Origin: a virus
IMG/VR virus record: IMGVR_UViG_3300025168_000001
DNA length: 64,000 nt
Reading direction: 5' to 3' (one strand)
This document shows, piece after piece, positions 45,901 to 56,129 of this stretch. Below the pieces are notes generated by a model. It was given only the letters and a program-made list of their open reading frames with translations, did not search any database and was not told the DNA's origin. A program made the translations under genes and the position numbers. Numbering within the stretch: position 1 is the stretch's first letter; the number at the start of each line of letters is the position of its first letter.

Positions 45901-48631
45901 CTACCGCTGCAGGAGTAGCATCAGGCTTTTTAAATCCTGTAAGTATTCCTTCAGCATTATACTGAGGAACTAAATCTTCTTGGGGTGGTAATTCAGAATT
46001 TTCAATATTATCTGACTCTGAAGAAGGAGGTATATTATTTTCTACTTGAGTTTTTGTAAGATTTATATTTCCACTCTGATAAGGAACAGTTGCAAAGTTT
46101 TCAGGATCTGCTTCAAAATCTGAAATTGCTTTATCATATTCGCTAGCTGAAACTTTTCTACCATTTACTGTGTACTCATACTTTCCATCTTTTTCTTCTA
46201 CATTAAATTGACTCTCTGTAGATTTTTCTAAACCTGTTTCTATACTATTATTTGTAGCTGCAGCGGGAGTGTATAAATCAGAAGTTTCAGCATTGTTACC
46301 TGAGTTATCAGTATTTGTATTAGTTTTTTTATTTTGAGAAGCTTCGTATGAACTCATATCTGTTTCATATGTTTTCATTGCTTTTTTATAGTCACGCATT
46401 TTTTTCTGAAAACTCATATCAGTTGGATTCCCAAATGGCCTAACAGGTTTCTTAGGTTTTTTAACCTCAGTACCTTCTTCGTATTTAACTTCAGTTCCCA
46501 TTCTCATAATAGAATTATTATAAATACTTTCTTGGAATGCTGTTAACTTTTTACGTTTACCTTTCTTAACATAGCTACCATTTTTAGCTATAGCTGTATT
46601 ACCTATTAAAAGATTATCAAGATCTATTCTTTCTTTTAATTCTTTCTTTCTTTTAATATTACCTTGAAGATCTTTATCAGCATTTTCTTCTACTTCTAAT
46701 AACATTAACTGTCTCATTAAAGTATTCTTTCTATACTCATCTGTAGTAGTACTACTACTTAGAGTCTCTAACTCAGTTTCAATAGTAGATGCTTTCTTAT
46801 CTCTATTCATTTTTCTTTTAGCAAATGTAAGATTAGTCCCAGGAACTTTATTCTTACTCCAGATGTAAGTTTCATTATTTTCTACATCCGCTACTTCTCC
46901 TTTTTCAGCTTCTATAACAGTATTACCTTCGCCTTCCGCAGGTACATCCATAAATGTACCACCGTTCTCATGTGTATTACCCTCTGTAATTTCAAAAGTT
47001 GTATTAGCATCAGGAGCTACGTTATACTGATTCCCGTCCCAACTTACTCCTGAAGGTAATGTGGATTCTGTTTCATAATCCATTTCTGAATTCTTCATCA
47101 TTGAACCATCTGGCATTTTATGAGAACCACTGGTTTCAACATCTGCTCCGTACCCATACTTTCTAACATTGGCACCATCATAATATAACTTTGTTTTCAT
47201 ATCTTTATTTTTTATATGTCCTCCATGCTCTACAGATCCAGGAGCATTCATTCCAAAATATTTCCCTAAATTCTTCATATCAAATCCACCACCGCCTCCT
47301 CCTAGCATAGAAGAAAAGTCCATTCCTCCTGCACCTCCACCTCCAGTAAGACTACTAATATCAAAACCTCCTCCATTTCCCATTAAAGAAGATGGGTCGA
47401 AACCTCCAGCACTTGATCCTCCCATTCCAGAAAAGAAAGAATTACTACCTCCTCCTCCAGAAAACATAGCACTGCCGTCTCCTCCTGGAGCGCCTCCTCC
47501 TCCAACATAATTAGAAGCAAGGCTACCAAGTTTAGCTATTGTATTTCCTGCTCTATTCCAATTGTCGTTACCTACTGCAGTTCTAGAATTAGCCCAATCA
47601 GTATAAGCATTATTAGCATCGTTACCATAACTTACAACATTAGAATTTCCTGATCCAGGATCATTAGAGTACATTCTCATGCCAGACTCACCTTCTGAAT
47701 TAGCAAAATTATTTGCAACATCTTTTTCTTTATCGAAAGCTGCTAAAGCATTTACTTGATTAGGAGTTTTATCTGTCCAAGTACTAATTAAACCACCATC
47801 CATTCCAGACCAATTTCTATCTAGGCCTTTACTCATAGTATCTCCGTCTATTCTATTAGGATTTACTTTACCAGAAGCTTTACCATAAGTTCCCATAATA
47901 CCTTGTAACTTGTCTCCACCTCCTAGTGACCCTGTTAAATTAGACATAAGCTCTCCAGTACTGTTTCCATTCACTGCTGCATCTGTAGAGTTACCTCCAG
48001 TTAACATACTCATAAAACCATCAGTACCTGCATTACCTGTATTACCTCCTAAAAGGCCAGCTAGTTTACTCATATCAAATCCTCCTCCAGGCGTTCCCCC
48101 GTCATTAAACCTTCTAGAATTACCTGCAAGTCTACCCCCTATACTACCTCTAGTTTTATATTCTCTATTACCTATTTTATAACTTACATCACCTCCATGT
48201 TTAGTAACTTGTCCTTCCCCTGGTCTGTAAGATAGTTTATTGTTAGGATCTACTTTATTCAGTGAACTAGATACAGCTTTCTTTCCCATAGTATAGAAAG
48301 GGCCTCCAAAATAAGTACCCACTATGTCAGTTGCAGCAGATGAAATACCTGAAGTCACTGCGTCAGCTTTGTCCCATCCCGAATAATTAAATTCAGGTTC
48401 ATAGATTTCTCTACCTGCAATAGTTTCTAAAGGAGTTACAGCTGTATTTAATGCCCACTTACCAGCATCCATTAAGAATGTACCAGTAGTATGATTAACT
48501 TTCTTTTCGACCTTTTGTTGGTCCATCATACCACGGGTATTCATCATACCTGCGCCTCCACCAGCACCCCCTCCTTCTGCAAATATTGGGTAAGGTCTGC
48601 TAAGTCTATTATTATAGTTAGATGTCTTCAT
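42965..48631 (-). CDS. giant Gly/Asn-rich low-complexity virion protein (1888 aa)
   Basis: 5.67-kb ORF. Poly-Gly tracts (GGGAGGGAG; GGGGAPGGDG). Repeated GGFD(M/I/P)S(S/K)(L/M) units. Short tandem coding repeats (PEGEIPEGEI; PADNTEVPTDNTEV). Confidence 0.85.
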   Translation of the reverse strand: MKTSNYNNRLSRPYPIFAEGGGAGGGAGMMNTRGMMDQQKVEKKVNHTTGTFLMDAGKWALNTAVTPLETIAGREIYEPEFNYSGWDKADAVTSGISSAATDIVGTYFGGPFYTMGKKAVSSSLNKVDPNNKLSYRPGEGQVTKHGGDVSYKIGNREYKTRGSIGGRLAGNSRRFNDGGTPGGGFDMSKLAGLLGGNTGNAGTDGFMSMLTGGNSTDAAVNGNSTGELMSNLTGSLGGGDKLQGIMGTYGKASGKVNPNRIDGDTMSKGLDRNWSGMDGGLISTWTDKTPNQVNALAAFDKEKDVANNFANSEGESGMRMYSNDPGSGNSNVVSYGNDANNAYTDWANSRTAVGNDNWNRAGNTIAKLGSLASNYVGGGGAPGGDGSAMFSGGGGSNSFFSGMGGSSAGGFDPSSLMGNGGGFDISSLTGGGGAGGMDFSSMLGGGGGGFDMKNLGKYFGMNAPGSVEHGGHIKNKDMKTKLYYDGANVRKYGYGADVETSGSHKMPDGSMMKNSEMDYETESTLPSGVSWDGNQYNVAPDANTTFEITEGNTHENGGTFMDVPAEGEGNTVIEAEKGEVADVENNETYIWSKNKVPGTNLTFAKRKMNRDKKASTIETELETLSSSTTTDEYRKNTLMRQLMLLEVEENADKDLQGNIKRKKELKERIDLDNLLIGNTAIAKNGSYVKKGKRKKLTAFQESIYNNSIMRMGTEVKYEEGTEVKKPKKPVRPFGNPTDMSFQKKMRDYKKAMKTYETDMSSYEASQNKKTNTNTDNSGNNAETSDLYTPAAATNNSIETGLEKSTESQFNVEEKDGKYEYTVNGRKVSASEYDKAISDFEADPENFATVPYQSGNINLTKTQVENNIPPSSESDNIENSELPPQEDLVPQYNAEGILTGFKKPDATPAAVEPETPVSIPPKSVESIPVDEEAVDIQGSKIPEDLQVSMDNRAAQIADNKKAAAQRYDVPEDSLIYNDAGDLVPEKGTKSKSNGDTWNGDGWNDDAPEVAEIDAETRNNEIINNRNNALTAPVDAGGDPLNSDQPIESADVTDVSAKDINNVVPSNATDLFNKGDGFKYNKNKNNAPSKNDNTETSNSKGDDVEVTDEMITNATVTGDDETVTVVDENKDKVVNNVNNQVVDGEIPGGSQGWNHQSVTSPGFQSFYAQGFGKSPYDWLGDAGLIYGAQAGIGNTKKFWDEYQSLPNENFSEGVGKRREDRLNNNLDIIDASKKNTKRDLRQDLNTQLRGNRNTASSFGNLNARDQNAFNTYAENSIDSDIKYGMMNLDKQGDLADAEFESDKLEAKGDWTVRGNDQNDLSGYYTQLGADKQNIAKNMMELAKNKNKGFASLLQGNALNSSGGFQFGPNGQLVPNNNSTTNNVTNNYHQTPTGEWELCPGGKCGDGSKGVPEGEIPEGEIIDNTVPADNTEVPTDNTEVITNTDGDPGENKSDVVTNTEYQPSGYFKTENKVGGLKEFSGDYSPINDDGSLNTGYYQEWLNIHKDPTGKKLSRLTQGGKQGNTNTYSDDIGVNARPEDAGADWQMQFPGRDNAVGKNVKTTADWYGEDYLRHLISTGQYNPSAADGEDGYTSGLLTGKGSGTYQIPLNPDSKTMESTTTFQGGEDLDPSTWNKTQKDAWLAANEGMTIEDAISMYNPEVQKYGGPIAKMMYGTKVKKNPYRYGTKVKRYDEGDHVHPHQEPISDNVRQDYHDMYGKNGAGMKKRQINNMLNTLNPSVSDTIFMQPNFEMAPENTESSEAFIPNSSKKTNMMKDFMMDNYTENQGNGEEYSMSFMEPFTTLFNSAGSKTTHNNKGGQGAMFNKVPLASNYDEASKTGNVEKAIEYATPTPVEKHGGLVNYFMSEKDRNRKNNRNLADQRISEFQTFMKNRK

Positions 48632-48632
48632 A

Positions 48633-51600
48633 TTATCTTATATTTTGTTGTGCGGATCCGTACAAATAATTCATAACTAGCTTATGTTTTCCTTGACCCG
48701 CTAAATTACTAAAAAATAAGCGAATACCCAAGTATTTATCACTCAAATACTGGCGCTCATACCATGCTTTAGTGTTGGAAACCGCTAAAGGATTAACAAC
48801 TTTATCTAACCAATGTGTAGTTGTAACAGATGACCAAGCTGAGGTAAACAAAGGAGTCCCCGTTCCCCTAGCTATAGCCATATCTCTAAACCCATTAAAG
48901 CCCCAAGTTCTTTCTTTCCTTTCGAGTAGTAATTGATTAGCTACTTCATTTACAGAAGTGCTCATCATTGTGTTTACACTAGTGTCTTTAATAGCAAAAT
49001 TTAGATTACCTGTTAGTTGATAATCATTATACAGAAGTACAGAATCAAATGTTATATATCTGTCATCTACATATGAGTCTGTTGTACTATTATAATATGA
49101 TGCATCTGTAACAAAATGAAAATTATCATAAGTATTAACATTTAATGGACTGTCGTTATTTATTATATCTACAACAAATGGTTGCACACATCCATAATAA
49201 GTTTGATAATTATTTTTAGTAAGAGGAACTAATCCATGTCTATATATTTCTACACCTTTCTGTACATTCCAAGAACCTACATTTAACCCACTGTAAAAAT
49301 GATTTCTCATTCCTACATAATAATGAGGCATATAACTATGGAAAGATACCCATTGGTTTAGACCTACATTAAAACTAGAGGTCCAAGATTTACATTCAAA
49401 TATATCATCTAAGCTGTTTATTATAGCAACTGTATTATCGTTTAAAGTTATATTTATATTACCAGCAGTTTCATTTGCACCACATGTAGAACAAATATCA
49501 CTTCCAGTATCCATTAAATTTTCCCAGTTACACGGAGTTACTTGCATAAAGTCATTAGTTACACTAACTGTAGTAGTTACAGTTTGTGCACTTACAAACT
49601 CACTTATATCAAGACCTAGATTAGCACCAAAGTCACTATCATCTCTTCTATCCCATCTACCTCCCCATCCATAATCAGTCATAGGAGGTTGATTTCTATA
49701 AGGATTATTAGCACCTGTTCCTGTGTAAGCCATAGATAAATTTACAAATCCTGCCCCAGTACCAGAAACTCCTACTTGACAAGACTTTCCTACACCGTCA
49801 TCAGGATTAGCATTAGTAGCACATGATGGTAAATTGTCTATATTATTACCATGCATAGCAGAAAACGCGTGTAAAACAAAAGCAGCTTTCCAGGCATCAT
49901 TAGCTACAGAATATATAAGAGAACTAGCCTCTTTACCACCGCCTGTATGGGCATTCCATGCATTTCTATAACTAGTATAATCAGTATCCCAAGCATTTGT
50001 ACGTTGTGCTCCGTAGTTAGCAATATCACCAAAACCATGATACCTGTTCATAGACTCATCTAGTAAACAAATACAAAAGACATTTTCTCCAGTTGCCATA
50101 GCATCTATCGGCCATACTACCCATTCTTCAGGTTGACCTTTTGTTACGTGATGTACTTGACCAGACCAGTTTGCTAACAGTCCTCCTGGCACATTTTCAT
50201 TGGATATCCAATTATTTATAGAAGCTTTAGCAGCAGCTTGTGCGCCAGCTCCCATAGAAGTTGTATCATAAAATGCCCATATATGAGTATCCGATGGTAA
50301 CGATTGTGTATAAGTATTAGTTACTGTTTGTGTCCAAGTATGTTCACATTCTTGTTCACCAGTTAAAGCATTAGTTATTTCAGTAACTACGTAGTTATCA
50401 AAGTCTTCCCATAAAGGATTATTTTGACAATCACAAGTGGCAGCTGCTCCTCCACTTATTACCCAGTTGCCTGAGTACTCGTCTGCTTCTATAACGTGAT
50501 AATAAGGAGATGCAGGGTCAGTAGTATCCCAAGGAGCTCTTAACTCATAATCTCTTTTTGTTACTATAAATCTATTATGTCTAACATCATACACAGCGTT
50601 GTATCCCGCCCCCGCAGGGTTAGCAGGATTATCTATAAAAGGAAACTTCTTTTTATATATAAGCTCGTATTGATCATATATCTCAATATTCATATTATTT
50701 TCAAACCAGGCCTTCATCCCTACATTAGTAAGATCCTTAGGATTCTCTTGCTGTAGGAACATATGCCCTTGCCTTTCATCTGGCCAGAATGTTCCAGTTT
50801 CAGTTTGCATAGTAGCCCACTGAGATTGACATCCTAGATATCCTTGATCAGATTGTAATATTTCTTGTATATCATTGCTAAAGAAATCACCAGTTCCTAT
50901 GTAAACACTACGCTCTCCAGCTGCAGGAGAAACTACATTTCTTGAAGGATCTATCCTCCACATAGATTCAGCTGTATGTATATATACAGAATTATTTAAA
51001 GTAAACATATTCCATATTTCACCTCTATGTGCTGGTATATCTTTGTAATTATTTGCTAAGAAAGATTTATATCTATCTCTTTGTTCTTCTTGGAAAGTTT
51101 GTTCAGAATATGTTATTCTAAATGGATGCCTTTCTTGGCAGTCTGCACAGAAATCAAATTGTAAAGGTAACGGAGAATATATATTCTCTTCGTTAATTTT
51201 ACTATAGTCTTGATTATAGTCATAATAATTTGCAGTCTGGTGATCTCCACCATCTTGAGTTGAGAATGCTTTAGCTCTATCATGTACTCTAGCATCATCT
51301 ACAAAACTTATAGCTCCATAAGAACCTCCTCCTCCTACACCTTCAAAATGATAAGGGTAAATTCGTTCGCCTGTTACGTCATTACCATTTCTTAATTCTG
51401 TATTCATATAAGACTCTGTCCAGTACCATACAATATTATTATATACTGCATGTCTAGATTCATTGTTTCCAGACTCTCTTTCCCTTACATTCCATCCTCC
51501 CGCATAGGCAGGAGTTTGAGTACCCTCTGCACCTGATGCGAACTCTGCTACACAATCATCGGTTCTAGCTCCTTTAACTGCATTAGCACATCTCTTGTTT

Positions 51601-54600
51601 TCATTTCCTTGTTTAAATGCGAACCTAGATACAAAACTATCTCCACCAAATAAAGGACCTGAATCCATAACCATACTTGGCATAACTGGATCTGTATAAA
51701 CTAAACAATTATGTGTAGGATGATAAAGTAAAGATCCTATAGCTCCATATGCATCATAAGCTTTTTTCTTAAGGGACACATAATATGCAGTACCTACTCC
51801 TTCATTACTTCCATTACCTCCCTCTAAATATTTACACATTCTTCTAGACCACGCCTGATCTTGTGGGCAATTTGTTGCCTCAGGGTTATTACCAAGCCAA
51901 GGAAACGCATAAGGATACCTAGTTCCAGGAGATCCTTTTGTATAGCCTATCATTAGCATACATTCTTGTTGCTCATTATCATTACTAAAAGGAGCCCACC
52001 CCATAGTAGGTATAAAATGATTTCCAGAATTATGTTCTATTTGTACGTAATCTTCTAATCTAACGTTAGTTAACCCAAAATTATATAAAGCATCTCTATC
52101 CCAAATCCATTCACATGTACCACTATCACCTGTAGAATGGCACTTAGGACTAGAACTATATTGACTATTCATTCCTGTATCAACTCTAGAGTAAGGCACT
52201 ACTGATTGTTGATAAGACATTCTTTGATATATATAAGTAGTACCACCGTTACCACCATTACCGTCATCTCTACCATCAGAAGACATACCTATACCTGATA
52301 AAGAATTACCAGACCATGAACTATGTGTCCATGTAGTATGAGTACTTTGATCAGTAGCTATATCATTTACACAACAGGCATTATTACATAATATTAAATA
52401 ATTATATCCTAGCAGAACTCTTTCTACTTTTATGTACTGTGCACCAGACACAGTTCCAAACTTAGCTAAAGGTCCATGATAAGCTTGTGTAGCACATGGA
52501 TAAACTATTTGCTTTGTCCAGTATCCTTGGTTAACTCCAGCGCTTGTGCTAAAATCTGATTCATCTGGTGTTTGCCATCCCCAAAATCCTAAAGGATATC
52601 CGTTACCTCTATTAATAGCATCACTTACATTATCATCCCCGTCAGCTCCGTCATAGTAATCAAACTCACCGTGTATCATTGCTAAAGGCATCATATGATA
52701 ATACTTATCTTCATCTTCATTATCAGGACATTGTATACAATCTGTACTTCTTGCTCCATAAGGAACAAATCCATTAAAGTGATTTCCTGTTTCATCAAAA
52801 TTTAACAGGTAATAATTATCAGCTACAACAGTAGTCGTACCATCATCTCCAAATCCTAAAAAGGTTGCAAACGCTGTTGCATAATCTCCACTATTTAAAT
52901 TACTAGTCCCACCCGCAGACATGTGAACACAAGCAAAACTATATATATGTTTATTAAAATTACCTGCTTGAAATTGAAAACCACATGAACTTGGTGGTGG
53001 AGTTGGTTCTGTCTGCCTTCCCATCCAAGATACCGCTGCAGAAAAAGTAAAAAACATAACTCCTTTATCTAACACACTTCTATCTGTTTCTTCTGTTCTC
53101 GCTCTAACAATTTTCCATCCTTGAATATGCTTCGCCATATCCGCAGGTATTTTTACATTTTTAGCTTCTATACCTAGAGTTACAGTTCTTGGGATATCCA
53201 TACTATTTCCAAAAGGATTATCTCCTCTATCTCCAATATTAGAATTTTGAACAGTTCTTGCCCCATAAAAATGAGGTTCTAATGTTGTGTCAGGCATTTG
53301 GTGATGTCTAACAAAATGCATTGCATATTCTCCATTTCCTAGATCTTCATGTGGATAAATAGGAATTCCTTTACAATCTCTCGTATCTGGATATATATAA
53401 TTACGGGCTTCGTAATATGACATCTGACCTTTAGTAATATACTCTGCATCTTGATATTGCTCTACCTCTCTAACAGCAGTATTATATATTTCCCACCTGT
53501 GTACATGTGCGGTACCTCTATTATAAGGAGTAATTAATCCAGGATTTACATCATTATCTTGAGGATCATAATGCATAGCATTCATATTATTAGTAGTAGC
53601 CCAGTTTGCCTCTGTAACTATAACATCACTATCCCATCCTCCACTTCCTACTGGGGGTCTATTGTGCTGCCCCATAGTATAATTTAAAGCTCCTGGAACA
53701 TTATAATCTCCGTCTGTTATAAGTCCTGATCCTGCTCCTCCATAAGTCCAATCATCAGTAGCCGAAGAGTAAGACCACTTTTGACTATTGGCTGCAGACC
53801 TATTCATTTCTCTTCCTGGTATATGATATGTAGGACTATTAGTACCATCTTTATAATAAAATACAATACCAAAAGCATATACTTCATCTCTCATATAAGG
53901 TCTATAATCAAAATAATACTTTCCTGATACACTAGATACATCTTCAGAATCCTCTGCATTTAAAGTTTGTGTAGTATATGTTATCTCTATGTTTTGTGCG
54001 GCTCTTTGAAGTGCTATATGATCTATAGTTAATTCTTCTGTCCCTCCTAATATAAGTCTATTAGAATGTTGTGCTATAGTTTTAGCTTTATTAAATACTT
54101 TCCTATCTACTGTAAGCTCATCTCTACTTAAGTATATAGTTGAGGTAGGATTATACTCTCCAAAAGCAAATGTTTCTACAGTGTCAGTAATAGGAATTTC
54201 AGCTACAAGCCTACCTCCCTCAACATTTTGACCTAAACCTCCTGTAGAAGGCCATGCTGCAACTCTTAAAAATTGGAAAGATGTATCAAGATTTGTAAAT
54301 TTTAATACAATAGCTTTACTTGTTTTATTTCCGTCTACACTAAAACCACTTGCTGTACCCCCGTCTGCCTGTACAGTTCCAGACGTAGTTCCTTTGATCC
54401 CTAAATCACCTGCAGTTATAGGATCAGCATATACAGGAACAGGCTGTGTTAAATCTGTCCAGTTTGTAGGATTAAAATCTTGATCTAGATATTGAACTGC
54501 AAATTGATAAGTACCTGCCGCCAATCCTCCACTATCATTAATTTCTACTAGCTCTATACAAGGGTAATCAAAATCTGGGAATAGCTTCATGTTTTCACAA

Positions 54601-55196
54601 TCCCACAAAGATGATCCATCATGGTGATCGTACGGACTTAGTCTGTAATCGTTAGGGTCTCCTTCAGGATGGTCAGATAAATATTGAGCTTTACCATAAA
54701 TAACATAGTCCTCTAAAGAGTCTAGATTCAAATGTCGTATATCATTAAAGTTGTCTGTAAAATATATATTTAGTTCACAACCATTTCTAACTCTTATTAT
54801 AGCCTGTATTTGATGATGTATTTTAAAATTTAAACAGTTTGCCGTTATTAAAACTTGTACAGTACAGTCTTTTTTAATACGTACAATACGACCCCAATTA
54901 TAATAAGGACTTGCAAAAGAAGAATCCTTAGGCGCTAAAAAAGCAATAGCCTCATCATCTTCTACGTATACGTGTCCAATTATAGCCCAATCATTACCAA
55001 TTTCACCACATTCATAATTACCAAACTCGTTTGTAAGGAACCCTAAATCTCCATCAACACTTTCATTCATAGCGTTTAGAGCCCATCTGTACGTTCCTTC
55101 TGGTTGCGTTTGAGGAGAAGTGTCGTTGTTTAACCCTTTAGCAAGGGAATTAACAAACTTATTACTTCCACCTGTACTTTGTCCTTGATCTGCCAT
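48633..55196 (-). CDS. giant virion protein (2187 aa), W/Y/G/N/C-rich, function unknown
   Basis: 6.56-kb ORF with beta-rich composition. Contains a module (about 50101-50286) paralogous to the N-terminal part of ORF 59961-61898. Confidence 0.85.
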   Translation of the reverse strand: MADQGQSTGGSNKFVNSLAKGLNNDTSPQTQPEGTYRWALNAMNESVDGDLGFLTNEFGNYECGEIGNDWAIIGHVYVEDDEAIAFLAPKDSSFASPYYNWGRIVRIKKDCTVQVLITANCLNFKIHHQIQAIIRVRNGCELNIYFTDNFNDIRHLNLDSLEDYVIYGKAQYLSDHPEGDPNDYRLSPYDHHDGSSLWDCENMKLFPDFDYPCIELVEINDSGGLAAGTYQFAVQYLDQDFNPTNWTDLTQPVPVYADPITAGDLGIKGTTSGTVQADGGTASGFSVDGNKTSKAIVLKFTNLDTSFQFLRVAAWPSTGGLGQNVEGGRLVAEIPITDTVETFAFGEYNPTSTIYLSRDELTVDRKVFNKAKTIAQHSNRLILGGTEELTIDHIALQRAAQNIEITYTTQTLNAEDSEDVSSVSGKYYFDYRPYMRDEVYAFGIVFYYKDGTNSPTYHIPGREMNRSAANSQKWSYSSATDDWTYGGAGSGLITDGDYNVPGALNYTMGQHNRPPVGSGGWDSDVIVTEANWATTNNMNAMHYDPQDNDVNPGLITPYNRGTAHVHRWEIYNTAVREVEQYQDAEYITKGQMSYYEARNYIYPDTRDCKGIPIYPHEDLGNGEYAMHFVRHHQMPDTTLEPHFYGARTVQNSNIGDRGDNPFGNSMDIPRTVTLGIEAKNVKIPADMAKHIQGWKIVRARTEETDRSVLDKGVMFFTFSAAVSWMGRQTEPTPPPSSCGFQFQAGNFNKHIYSFACVHMSAGGTSNLNSGDYATAFATFLGFGDDGTTTVVADNYYLLNFDETGNHFNGFVPYGARSTDCIQCPDNEDEDKYYHMMPLAMIHGEFDYYDGADGDDNVSDAINRGNGYPLGFWGWQTPDESDFSTSAGVNQGYWTKQIVYPCATQAYHGPLAKFGTVSGAQYIKVERVLLGYNYLILCNNACCVNDIATDQSTHTTWTHSSWSGNSLSGIGMSSDGRDDGNGGNGGTTYIYQRMSYQQSVVPYSRVDTGMNSQYSSSPKCHSTGDSGTCEWIWDRDALYNFGLTNVRLEDYVQIEHNSGNHFIPTMGWAPFSNDNEQQECMLMIGYTKGSPGTRYPYAFPWLGNNPEATNCPQDQAWSRRMCKYLEGGNGSNEGVGTAYYVSLKKKAYDAYGAIGSLLYHPTHNCLVYTDPVMPSMVMDSGPLFGGDSFVSRFAFKQGNENKRCANAVKGARTDDCVAEFASGAEGTQTPAYAGGWNVRERESGNNESRHAVYNNIVWYWTESYMNTELRNGNDVTGERIYPYHFEGVGGGGSYGAISFVDDARVHDRAKAFSTQDGGDHQTANYYDYNQDYSKINEENIYSPLPLQFDFCADCQERHPFRITYSEQTFQEEQRDRYKSFLANNYKDIPAHRGEIWNMFTLNNSVYIHTAESMWRIDPSRNVVSPAAGERSVYIGTGDFFSNDIQEILQSDQGYLGCQSQWATMQTETGTFWPDERQGHMFLQQENPKDLTNVGMKAWFENNMNIEIYDQYELIYKKKFPFIDNPANPAGAGYNAVYDVRHNRFIVTKRDYELRAPWDTTDPASPYYHVIEADEYSGNWVISGGAAATCDCQNNPLWEDFDNYVVTEITNALTGEQECEHTWTQTVTNTYTQSLPSDTHIWAFYDTTSMGAGAQAAAKASINNWISNENVPGGLLANWSGQVHHVTKGQPEEWVVWPIDAMATGENVFCICLLDESMNRYHGFGDIANYGAQRTNAWDTDYTSYRNAWNAHTGGGKEASSLIYSVANDAWKAAFVLHAFSAMHGNNIDNLPSCATNANPDDGVGKSCQVGVSGTGAGFVNLSMAYTGTGANNPYRNQPPMTDYGWGGRWDRRDDSDFGANLGLDISEFVSAQTVTTTVSVTNDFMQVTPCNWENLMDTGSDICSTCGANETAGNINITLNDNTVAIINSLDDIFECKSWTSSFNVGLNQWVSFHSYMPHYYVGMRNHFYSGLNVGSWNVQKGVEIYRHGLVPLTKNNYQTYYGCVQPFVVDIINNDSPLNVNTYDNFHFVTDASYYNSTTDSYVDDRYITFDSVLLYNDYQLTGNLNFAIKDTSVNTMMSTSVNEVANQLLLERKERTWGFNGFRDMAIARGTGTPLFTSAWSSVTTTHWLDKVVNPLAVSNTKAWYERQYLSDKYLGIRLFFSNLAGQGKHKLVMNYLYGSAQQNIR

Positions 55197-55200
55197 TTAA

Positions 55201-56121
55201 TTAATTCTTTAAATCTAACCGTTCTCTTGAACTTAAATTACCAAAAAACCCATCATATCTTTTAGTTTTAGGAAGCAGCCTAATATGCTGGTTCTTTAAG
55301 TTTTCTAATGTGTCTATATCTTTAGGCATGTTTGCTTTGTTACGGGCTTGTTGGCAATACCAGTGCCAGTCATCTTCTAGTTTAGTAAATATATTAGCAG
55401 GAAGATGCCCTTGTAAAAACTCTGCATATTTTACTTTATATGTTATGTATCTTTTAATAGCTTCTATGTAAGAAACTTCATCAGGTATTAAAGGCCATCC
55501 TCTATCATCTAAAGGCTGACTTAAATATGCTATACATATAAATCCAGTTTTAAAACTAGTTCTAATATAAGGCCAATCTAATGAATATTCAGGTATACAC
55601 CCTGGAGAAATATCTGTACAAGTAGTACAATCTGCAGTAGATGCTTTTGAAAAAGGGCCTGTAGATTTAGCTAAAGGTCTATAGTGGTCATAGTAAGAAT
55701 TAGTAGCCCTAAAAGAATTTGGTTTGTAATACTGTAAAAACAATTCTGCATTAGCAACTAGTTGTGCACTGGTTGCACACACGCTCGCACAACTAGAACA
55801 AGCTGCTGGTGAACACGGGTCATCACATGTAATACATTTATCTGCAGTAGTGAGCATAGCAGTTGTTGTTGTAGGACTTCCTTGCGTATGTTTATATGCT
55901 ATTTGTACAACACTTTTTAATCCTGATGGTACTAATACCCTATAGTCTCCTATTGTAAGGTTAGTAACTTTTTCTACTAACTGTGTATACGCTCCTATAA
56001 ATTCTAAAGCCTCTCCTGCCCATTCTATCATATCATTCTCATTCAATTCTATGATTGGCTTAAGATCTCTATACAGTCCCGCTAAGACTCTTTCTATACT
56101 TACTAATTGTATCTGGCTCAT
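55201..56121 (-). CDS. hypothetical late protein with Cys-rich patch
   Basis: 306 aa. Patch KCITCDDPCSPAACSSCASVCATS. No motif recognised. Confidence 0.65.
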   Translation of the reverse strand: MSQIQLVSIERVLAGLYRDLKPIIELNENDMIEWAGEALEFIGAYTQLVEKVTNLTIGDYRVLVPSGLKSVVQIAYKHTQGSPTTTTAMLTTADKCITCDDPCSPAACSSCASVCATSAQLVANAELFLQYYKPNSFRATNSYYDHYRPLAKSTGPFSKASTADCTTCTDISPGCIPEYSLDWPYIRTSFKTGFICIAYLSQPLDDRGWPLIPDEVSYIEAIKRYITYKVKYAEFLQGHLPANIFTKLEDDWHWYCQQARNKANMPKDIDTLENLKNQHIRLLPKTKRYDGFFGNLSSRERLDLKN

Positions 56122-56129
56122 AATATTAT

